Source: Auanema rhodensis (Eukaryota > Animalia > Nematoda). From it: 64,000 bases of DNA. Under the pieces are notes generated by a model, which ran no database searches, was not told the DNA's origin, and saw nothing but the letters and a program-made list of their open reading frames with translations. Below, in pieces: positions 1 through 10,900 of the stretch (positions are counted from its first letter, which is position 1; the number at the start of each line of letters is the position of its first letter). The DNA lies in assembly GCA_964057225.1 (NCBI GenBank), contig OZ059900.1, forward strand, positions 5,704,001-5,768,000, in the 5' to 3' direction. The position numbers were made by a program, and so were the translations under genes.

Positions 1-561
1 ACATTTAAAATATTAAGAAAATCAATAATTATTTAGAAAAAAACAATAAATATTCAAATATTCAAATTTTCGAAATGTCCAGAATATTGGCACTGGACCA
101 CATATTCCTAATTAACAATGTTTAAAAAATTAATTAATTAAACAAAGAGGAAAAAAATGTGGAAGACAGATGACAAACATCTCAATGCGGAGAAAATAAC
201 GGAAACATAACAGGATGACTGTAGCAGACAGTATATACCCATTTGTCTGCATATTTTACCATCTACAGTCGTAAAACAGACAATCTTGATAAAGCTTGAA
301 GAATCCCAGAAGGGTTTGTTCAAATACGAAATATTTTTTTTGAAATTTACAGAAAGGTTAGTTGTAAAATAAAGTACAGATAATCTTGGATGAAACCAAC
401 ATTACTACAAGACAATTGATATCAGTGATACAATAAGAGTTTCTTTATTATAACAAGAACAACAAGAAAACAAATATTAGCCTGAGGCCAAAACAAAATA
501 AAAAGTCTTGTAGACTTATGCAAACATAAAACGTGCAACAAAAAGTTTTCAACTGATTCCA

Positions 562-2369
562 TCAACAATCACTCTTCCAAACACGAATGGTCGTATAAGG
601 TTCAAGTCCGCTGGTAACAATCGAATTTTCAGTTGGATGACAATCCATGGCTCCAATAACTTCTGAACAATAAACTATGCTCTTACAATCGTAATAATCA
701 CAAGCCAACCAGACATTCCTGTGATAGCTTGTACCACATTTTGGCTTTCCATATCCCAAATCAAGAGTTTCTTATCTTCAGATCCACACATTATAAACTG
801 AATGAATTCATGCAGCATGCAACAAAGCGTGCCTATTACCTGTCCTGATGTAAAAGAGAAGCAGCAGTCAAGTTTATATCCCTCGTTTTTATGTCCCTTG
901 TAGAGTTTCAAACAATTTTCTTCTTGCCAATCCCATAATTTAATGAAACTAAATTTCATAAATAAAAAAGCAAACATCCAATAGAAAACTTTACCCGTCA
1001 AACGTAGCTGACAAGATATATTTTCCATTAGGAGAGAATCTTGCAAAAGACACAGGATATGAATTACCGTCTGCAGTCATTAGGTAAGATAGATAAAAAA
1101 TTACATAAACAACAATCCTGAGATCCGTCTGCAATTATCGACTTTACACATAAGCGAGTATTGGAATTCCAAATACGGATCAATCCATCGTAAGCAGCAG
1201 TGCAGAAGTGAGTTCCATCACTGCAAATCAAAACAGTTTCACAAGCAACAAAACTAAAACTCACAAATTGAAATAAACAGCTGATACAAAACCACAATGA
1301 GCATCTAACTGATGGAGACACAGCCCTGTGTTAACACTCCAAACACGTACAGTACCATCAATTGAGCCTGATATAACAAGCTTGCAAACAAAAGATTATG
1401 TCTAAAACAGCCAAACCTGATAAAGCTAACTTTGACTGCGGACACAAACTACAGCACAAAGCTTTCTGTTCATGTCCTTCAAAAACGCGAATACACTTGC
1501 CGGACAATTGCTCCCAGAGCTTAAAAACGAAAAATTACAAGAATTTTCAATGTTAAATACCCTGCAAGTGCAATCGTCTGATGCTGAAAACAACAACTTA
1601 TCGTCCGAGCTCCACACAAGATCATTAACTCCTAATTTATGACCAGACATCTGGATAAAAATATTGTACCACCATATATATGCTTACGAACCGTTTTCAT
1701 AACTGCGCCGTTTATATAATTCCAAATTTTAATCATGCTATCGGAGGAAGCGGACGCAATGAAACTACCACAGTATGAGAACTTAACCGCATTTACTGCT
1801 CTAGTGTGGCCATTCAAAGCAATGAATTCAACATAGTTCGGGCTTTTCTTTTTTTCGACCTAGAACGAATGAAAACTGTTTTTCGTTCTAATGATAACAC
1901 ATTTCCTAACCTCTAAGTTATCATTCCTAGAATTCGCAGTTCTTTCCATCATCTCTTCATACACTTCATTACATTCCATTTCTTCAGGTATAATGATGAA
2001 TTCCTCCATAATATCATCGTCATCCTGTAATAAACAGTTTAAATTTGCAATTTCGAGAAAGAAACCTCATCGATAAGGTGAGATTCTTCTGATTTTGTGC
2101 AAGATAGCAAATTCGCTGTATTACTTTCACTCTTACTGTTGTTCTGAGAACTAAAATCTGAATGGAAGCCAGATTCCTTGTTTTCAGCATCAGCAGCATT
2201 CAAATTCTGAACAGCTTACGACATAAGATAAAACATCTAAAGTAAAATAGTCTTACTGAGCTTTCAGAACAGTTCAGATTAATTTTCTTTGCTGCCACAG
2301 AAGAAAGATGTGGTGCATTTGAATCCTAAATCATCAAACGGTGAAAATATCTGAATAAGTTTATACCAT
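562..2369 (-). CDS. wdr-5: WDR5-like WD40 protein, divergent paralog with acidic N-terminal extension (copy A, multi-exon)
   Basis: Spliced translation gives LNGHTRAVNAVKFS, SGHKLGVNDLVWSSD, SASDD, LSGKCIRVFEGH, YDGLIRIW, FSPNGKYIL, YKGHKNE, GSEDKKLLIWD, CHPTENSI and ends WKSDC*, colinear with WDR5 including its C-terminus. ATG at 2369; the introns checked are GT-AG, ~40-55 nt. Confidence 0.9.
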
Positions 2370-3325
2370 TTTAAAAAACGTTTGTGATGTTAATTTGAGT
2401 GAGAAATGTAAACCTGAAAAGAAAAAAAAATAGGTTTGGAATAATGAAAATAAAATTATTTCCCATAAGCTAATTGTATAGAATAGTTTGCAAGTTATTT
2501 AAGTATTCACAACATATAAAACGTTTACCTATCCAAACAGAATAAACTAAACAGCAACATGTCATAGAAATACCAAGTATTACATAAATGAATATTAGGA
2601 TGTACAATCATATCCGATCCTACACGCTGAGAAAACCCAATGAAACCAACAATATCATTACTTCCGCCATGTTACAACAATCAGTTATCTCATAAACAAA
2701 ATAAAATTATGTTCTCCTCAAAAGAAAATTGGAAAACAAAGTATACTAACCTATAGCTATGATGACATTTAAAATATTAAGAAAATCAATAATTATTTAG
2801 AAAAAAACAATAAATATTCAAATATTCAAATTTTCGAAATGTACAGAATATTGGCACTGGACCACATATTCCTAATTAACAATGTTTAAAAAATTAATTA
2901 ATTAAACAAAGAGGAAAAAAATGTGGAAGACAGATGACAAACATCTCAATGCGGAGAAAATAACGGAAACATAACAGGATGACTGTAGCAGACAGTATAT
3001 ACCCATTTGTCTGCATATTTTACCATCTACAGTCGTAAAAGAGACAATCTTGATAAAGCTTGAAGAATCCCAGAAGGGTTTGTTCAAATACGAAATATTT
3101 TTTTTGAAATTTACAGAAAGGTTAGTTGTAAAATAAAGTACAGATAATCTTGGATGAAACCAACATTACTACAAGACAATTGATATCAGTGATACAATAA
3201 GAGTTTCTTTATTATAACAAGAACAACAAGAAAACAAATATTAGCCTGAGGCCAAAACAAAATAAAAAGTCTTGTAGACTTATGCAAACATAAAACGTGC
3301 AACAAAAAGTTTTCAACTGATTCCA

Positions 3326-5133
3326 TCAACAATCACTCTTCCAAACACGAATGGTCGTATAAGGTTCAAGTCCGCTGGTAACAATCGAATTTTCAGTTGG
3401 ATGACAATCCATGGCTCCAATAACTTCTGAACAATAAACTATGCTCTTACAATCGTAATAATCACAAGCCAACCAGACATTCCTGTGATAGCTTGTACCA
3501 CATTTTGGCTTTCCATATCCCAAATCAAGAGTTTCTTATCTTCAGATCCACACATTATAAACTGAATGAATTCATGCAGCATGCAACAAAGCGTGCCTAT
3601 TACCTGTCCTGATGTAAAAGAGAAGCAGCAGTCAAGTTTATATCCCTCGTTTTTATGTCCCTTGTAGAGTTTCAAACAATTTTCTTCTTGCCAATCCCAT
3701 AATTTAATGAAACTAAATTTCATAAATAAAAAAGCAAACATCCAATAGAAAACTTTACCCGTCAAACGTAGCTGACAAGATATATTTTCCATTAGGAGAG
3801 AATCTTGCAAAAGACACAGGATATGAATTACCGTCTGCAGTCATTAGGTAAGATAGATAAAAAATTACATAAACAACAATCCTGAGATCCGTCTGCAATT
3901 ATCGACTTTACACATAAGCGAGTATTGGAATTCCAAATACGGATCAATCCATCGTAAGCAGCAGTGCAGAAGTGAGTTCCATCACTGCAAATCAAAACAG
4001 TTTCACAAGCAACAAAACTAAAACTCACAAATTGAAATAAACAGCTGATACAAAACCACAATGAGCATCTAACTGATGGAGACACAGCCCTGTGTTAACA
4101 CTCCAAACACGTACAGTACCATCAATTGAGCCTGATATAACAAGCTTGCAAACAAAAGATTATGTCTAAAACAGCCAAACCTGATAAAGCTAACTTTGAC
4201 TGCGGACACAAACTACAGCACAAAGCTTTCTGTTCATGTCCTTCAAAAACGCGAATACACTTGCCGGACAATTGCTCCCAGAGCTTAAAAACGAAAAATT
4301 ACAAGAATTTTCAATGTTAAATACCCTGCAAGTGCAATCGTCTGATGCTGAAAACAACAACTTATCGTCCGAGCTCCACACAAGATCATTAACTCCTAAT
4401 TTATGACCAGACATCTGGATAAAAATATTGTACCACCATATATATGCTTACGAACCGTTTTCATAACTGCGCCGTTTATATAATTCCAAATTTTAATCAT
4501 GCTATCGGAGGAAGCGGACGCAATGAAACTACCACAGTATGAGAACTTAACCGCATTTACTGCTCTAGTGTGGCCATTCAAAGCAATGAATTCAACATAG
4601 TTCGGGCTTTTCTTTTTTTCGACCTAGAACGAATGAAAACTGTTTTTCGTTTTAATGATAACACATTTCCTAACCTCTAAGTTATCATTCCTAGAATTCG
4701 CAGTTCTTTCCATCATCTCTTCATACACTTCATTACATTCCATTTCTTCAGGTATAATGATGAATTCCTCCATAATATCATCGTCATCCTGTAATAAACA
4801 GTTTAAATTTGCAATTTCGAGAAAGAAACCTCATCGATAAGGTGAGATTCTTCTGATTTTGTGCAAGATAGCAAATTCGCTGTATTACTTTCACTCTTAC
4901 TGTTGTTCTGAGAACTAAAATCTGAATGGAAGCCAGATTCCTTGTTTTCAGCATCAGCAGCATTCAAATTCTGAACAGCTTACGACATAAGATAAAACAT
5001 CTAAAGTAAAATAGTCTTACTGAGCTTTCAGAACAGTTCAGATTAATTTTCTTTGCTGCCACAGAAGAAAGATGTGGTGCATTTGAATCCTAAATCATCA
5101 AACGGTGAAAATATCTGAATAAGTTTATACCAT
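3326..5133 (-). CDS. wdr-5: WDR5-like WD40 protein (copy B)
   Basis: Same exons as copy A shifted by 2764; ORF-track translations overlapping the gene are identical. Confidence 0.9.
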
Positions 5134-6113
5134 TTTAAAAAACGTTTGTGATGTTAATTTGAGTGAGAAATGTAAACCTGAAAAGAAAAAAAATAGGTTT
5201 GGAATAATGAAAATAAAATTATTTCCCATAAGCTAATTGTATAGAATAGTTTGCAAGTTATTTAAGTATTCACAACATATAAAACGTTTACCTATCCAAA
5301 CAGAATAAACTAAACAGCAACATGTCATAGAAATACCAAGTATTACATAAATGAATATTAGGATGTACAATCATATCCGATCCTACACGCTGAGAAAACC
5401 CAATGAAACCAACAATATCATTACTTCCGCCATGTTACAACAATCAGTTATCTCATAAACAAAATAAAATTATGTTCTCCTCAAAAGAAAATTGGAAAAC
5501 AAAGTATACTAACCTATAGCTATGATGACATTTAAAATATTAAGAAAATCAATAATTATTTAGAAAAAAACAATAAATATTCAAATATTCAAATTTTCGA
5601 AATGTCCAGAATATTGGCACTGGACCACATATTCCTAATTAACAATGTTTAAAAAATTAATTAATTAAACAAAGAGGAAAAAAATGTGGAAGACAGATGA
5701 CAAACATCTCAATGCGGAGAAAATAACGGAAACATAACAGGATGACTGTAGCAGACAGTATATACCCATTTGTCTGCAGCAGCAGATAAAAAAAATATTG
5801 TAATGAATTTATTTTTTGAAATTTTGAAATTTTGTTTGTTTTGCATTAGGTCAGACTTTCAGTTTGGTGCATAATGTAATATCTAATTTAATTTTTTTCC
5901 ATAATTTTATATAATTTGAATAGATAAAGATAATAGAAAAATAAACATAGCCATCGTTAATTTTGCAATCGCGTATTACGTCCTTTTGTTTTTTGTCATT
6001 CTTACAGTTTTTCTTTTATTCAGATGTTGGAACAAATACATTAAAAAAATGTTTATTGGTCGACTATGTAGCGTTAAAAATGCCATTATATGATTTCTTT
6101 TTTTAATAAAAGT

Positions 6114-7973
6114 TTAGGCTTGAACGGGCTCAGCTGCAGTCTCAGAGTCAGGGACAACCTGTCAAAATTAATATTAATGCATTAAGGAATTTTTAAAACT
6201 ATTACTTCGGCTACGGGCTGATCTGGTTCATCCTCAAACTCTTTTTCAGGCACAGACAGAGGGACTGGATCGACAGGTGGACGAGCAGCATCTCCTTCAG
6301 CTTTAACTTGTTCGATGTACTTTGGAGGCTCAAGATTTTTTCTAATAATGTTTCTTTTTTCTGTATATACATTGTTTTGAAACGTTTACCTGAGTTGCTC
6401 AAGTTCTTCGTTTTCTTTGCGTCCCCACTCAGCTGGTGGGCGAGCTGTTCCACGAACAAGAGTGTAAGGCTTCTTTGTTATAGGGTTTTCAAACAAGTAA
6501 CGACGATCTCCGTAAGATCTGGTAGCCAAAAATTGCTTATTTTTCAAATGATCATAGTTACCTGCGATCAGTTTGTCTGTCAAATTTAGAAGATACGGTT
6601 ATCTTTGGTGGGTGGAGTGAACGAGCAGCTTCTTCGGGATCCAATCCCTTCTTCAAAGCCTTGTTACGAGCAACTTGGCGCTGACGCTCATGAAGCTCTT
6701 TTACCTCAAATGATACTACATATCAATAGTACTCATACAAGCTTACGTCATATTCTTGGCGTTCATGTCTCTTCTCGAGATCGTATTTTTCAGCTTCAAG
6801 CTTGAGAATACGATCATAAAGATTCTTAATCCTTTCTTTAAGATCGTTTGGCAAAAGTCCAGAAATATCTGTCGATCTGCAAACGGCATTCAAGAATGCC
6901 TTCTTGGCTTCAGCAGCTTGTTCAGGAGACATTCCACCAGCAGTTTTGGTCTGAAAATAAATTTGAATATATATTTTTGTCTTCATATGTAACACCTGAG
7001 CCAAATTTCCAAACTGAGAGGCTTGGTCTCCCTTGCTGTTGATAGTGAAATTTTTTCCACCATCAGCAGTAGCAGCAGCAGCAGCAAAGGATCCAGCCAT
7101 CATTTGTTGGCGTCTAGCCTTCTCCTCGTTTTTACGTAGTTTTTCAGCATCAGCACGGTTTTTGCGATCTTCCTGAAATCTTATGAAAATAAAATTTAAT
7201 ACAAAAGAAAGAGATGGTGGCTGGTTTTTGACCATCTGATATCATTTAAAAGATTTGAATTTTCTAATGTACCTCGTCTTTACGACGTCTTTCTTCGTCT
7301 TGACGTCTGCGTTCAGCAAATTCGCGTTCTTCTTGTTCTCTTTCAGCTCTTGAATATCAAATAGCTAATTATAAAAATCATAAAACATACCTTCTCTTTT
7401 CTTGCTTAACTTTGAGTTCACGGAGTTCGTCTTCGATTTTTTGACGCTCAAGAACACGACGTTGTTCGTAATCAAGCATTTTAGCTGCTTCTTCTTCTTC
7501 GTGACGTTTCTTAGCTGCCTGCAATTTACTTTTGTTATCAATTTTTAAAATTTTTTTTTACAAGCATAGCAGCTTCAGCTTCCGTCATTTCTGCGGGAGG
7601 CTTCTCATCTTGAACTGGAGGTGGTCTGGGCTTTGGTCTATAAAGTTCAAATCATCATAACGATTCTTAATATATTGTTGTACTTCTCTTCTTCGACTGG
7701 AGCTGGTTCAGCTTCAGCAGCTTCAGAAACTTCTTCTTCTTCCTCTCTTAAAAAATGTATAAATGTTATCAAAATTGTAAAAGGAGTTCAAACTTGTCTT
7801 CTTCTTCAACTGCGTCAGCAGCCTCAGACTCTTCAACCTCTTCAATCTCTTCTTCCTCACCAGAACTGAAAAAGCAGAATATTTTGTTGTTGATAAAGAT
7901 ATAATGATTAGAAAATATGATTAAAAATGAAGCATTGGATTTAGACTTACAGTACTTCCTCTTCGTCAGACAT
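6114..7973 (-). CDS. Troponin T (mup-2/tnt-2 type), multi-exon
   Basis: MSDEEE acidic start; [28 protein letters not shown]; [32 protein letters not shown]; [24 protein letters not shown]; [19 protein letters not shown] are nematode troponin T motifs. Paralog identity not resolved. Confidence 0.93.
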
Positions 7974-10900
7974 AATTTCTGAAAAAAAAAATTAAAAAAG
8001 AAATTTCAAGAGAATATGAAAAACTTTCTTATTATAAGAACAGCAGGAATAAGAAAAATATTAATTAAGTTAGTATATGAAGCCCTGATTTAGAATAAAT
8101 TTTATCGATAAATTCATTAACAAACAAAACTGCGGAACAGTTCCAGTATACATATCAAAACCAAAAAAAAATATATGATGTGTATAAAATTAAAAAAAAG
8201 TTGTTCTGGAGCTAGTATCTGCGAAGCTCGAACATTTCGAGAATAAAATTCTGCTTGTGAGAGGTAAGGATGGCATATGTGTTGTAAAGTTGCCTGCCGA
8301 CACAAAAATAAAGATTTCGACCAGCAATTGGCGAGCAGACATCTGGTAAAAGTTTGAGAAGCAGAATTGAAAAAAAAGATAGAGGATAATGAAAAAGAAA
8401 AAGAACAGGAACGAGAATGGCTTGAAGGGAGAGAGTATGTTAGAGAGATAGCTTAGAATAAAAGAAATGTGAAAAATAGAAAAGTTAAAACTGAGGTATT
8501 TTAAAAGATAGCGAGAGAAGCAAGAGTTAATAGACAAAAAATTTAAAGATATAGTATTGATGTTCATGTGTGGGTGATATGTGAAATAAACAGCAGCATT
8601 AGACCAATGAAGTAAAGTTTAGAACAGTCATTGAAGTAGGATTCAGTGTGAAAGTGAGGAAAAACAAAAAAACAAAATTGAAAAGTTTTTTTTGAAGATG
8701 AACGTTTGTGAGAGGTGTGAAATCACGTAACAAGGAAGCATATTTATCACACTACTTTTACGTGTTCTCATTTAAAACAAAAATCGGATAATATTCTACA
8801 GTTTTTATCTTTAATACTAAATTGGTTAGAGAAATATAGAACTATAGTTCATTACATCATGAATACTGAGTATTCGTGTATTCCTGTAGTGTTAACATCG
8901 AGGGGAGAAATACAGAAAGGAATGTTAACAATGAGTTTCGGAAGCTACACTGCTTTTCATTTAAATGAAGAATTGAAAAAATATAATTCATCAGTTTCAT
9001 AGCTTTCTATTTGAATATAAGCAAGGAGTTTAAAAGCGTTGAACCATCTGGTGAGATTCTTTTATCGCCTATATATTAAATTAAGTAAAACAGGAGAACT
9101 AATGCAGATTTGATAAAAAACAGATCATAATGTGAAAATGTAAGAGTCACTAGATGTGTTCATAGTTGAGAATACTGCTGTATTGGAGTAGGCGGATGCA
9201 TGCATAGCTGATCGCTTCAATGTACAACAGACTGAAATTGAAAAACCGAGTGGGAGGATAGAAATAGAACTGAAAGCAAGGTTTAGACTGAGACTTGGGA
9301 AAACAGCAACAAGAAGGCAACAATGATTTTCAGAAGAATAATTATCAATGAATAATTATGTGAATGAAATAGTTATAAAAATATGATATTTGCCTAGGAG
9401 AAATTGTTCAAAAAATCATTGAAAAATAAAAAAAATGAACTGGCATAAGTTATTTTCTTGATACACTAAGGGTTTTGATTTTTTCGATGATAAAAAATTG
9501 AAAAAAAAAGTTCAGTAAGAGTAATTTTGAGATGAACAGAAAAACTATTTTGTGTTCAGTTTGAAAGAGGAGAGTGCCAGCTTCTTTGAAAAGTAAAACT
9601 TAAAGACAAGAGAAGATATTCTTAAAGCTTGGTTAGAGTTCACAAATTGAATGTTGCTAGCATGACAAACGTGGGCAAGTTTCAATAATTATTTGAAATT
9701 TGATATCAGTGTAATTCTTTATGAAAATTGGCAGCCTTATAATGCTTTCCTTCACATATACTGGTTTGACAGACTTCTAAGAAATGAAAAAATTTAAACA
9801 ACAGAAATCTAAAGAAAGACTAACAGAAGTTACTGATATTTTGTGAGCTTGATTACATGATTCAAAGCACATGAGGATACAATGTGTGTAATTGTAATGA
9901 AAGTGCCATATGTAAACGAAAAAATCTTCTATATTACACTTTCGAACCAAACTATCAGAGCAAAAAGCGAAGAACAGAAATTAAATGAGCTGTGATTACA
10001 TTCATGAGAGAAAGTCTATAAGAATCGTGTGTTCGTGTAATTGTTATTAAGATATAAGAAAGTAGTGTATTTGAGGGGCAAAGAAGTTTTGCTTACAAAT
10101 ATTTTAATTTTTTCAAGTTTGACCGGTAACACTATAACCAAAGTAATTTTGCATGAAATAAACACAACAACAAAAATTGTCAACAAACTCTTTTTACTTG
10201 TTTTTGATCATAGTACAAATAATTTTGTGTGTTCCTCACATTTCTTAAGTATAGTGATCATAAATATAATGAGATGTACTAACTAATTTAAAAGATTTGA
10301 TCAAAAATATCAAATGTTATCTTAATCAATCAAGAAGATGACTAAAACAGAAATGTTTCATATACTTTTGAATTATTTGATAAATATGGTTACAAACAAC
10401 AAAAAAAGTTATTGTCAATTTAATCAATATGTATAGTATATACATCTATAATCCTACAATGTTTTATGATTTTTTGCATTTGTTGTTATTTCTATTATCG
10501 CCTAAAGTATTGTGGAACATTATCATGATGATATAGCCGGTCTAGTCAATTGAATTATTGTTCACATAATGACAGTTGTTCAGTCATTGAATCAACGACT
10601 CAAGTTGTAATTTGAAGTTTACTATCTGCCAGTTGTTTCGGTTTTCTAGTCAATCGAGAGTTGAATAGATTCAGCAGCCGTTCAAATCACAGGCTTTGAC
10701 AAAAAAAAATGTGACCAGAGAAAACATACTTGATAAATTGCAGGTTTCCCTTTTCAAAACTTCATGAACATTGTTGGCAAGTTATGAATTTATAAAGAGA
10801 ATACTTAAAATATACATATAAAAATCTTGATGCGAACTTTTATTAAAAAATAATCTGAAAGTATCTCATGGGAAATATGAATAATACGTTTCCCTCAAAC

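Larger units (their letters stand above)
1..5778. repeat. Head-to-tail tandem segmental duplication, unit 2763-2764 bp, truncated by the left window edge
   Basis: Sequence at 1 (acatttaaaatattaag) recurs at 2765 and 5528; identity ends after ...atttgtctgca at 5778. ORF track repeats with a 2764 offset. Differences spotted: 79/2843, 277/3041, 1888/4652 and a 1-nt poly-A length difference near 2422/5186. Confidence 0.97.

Noticed and set aside
1380-1560. Apparent frameshifts or non-canonical splicing in the WDR5 paralog
   Set aside because: Resolved by canonical GT-AG introns (CTCR|LWEQLSGKC and LALS|GSIDG); no pseudogene lesion seen there.
8117-8567. Phe/Leu/Ser-rich ORFs here and at 32583, 33455, 51594, 54554-54947 and 59834
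   Set aside because: By-products of AT- or CT-rich low-complexity tracts; no splice context or homology.
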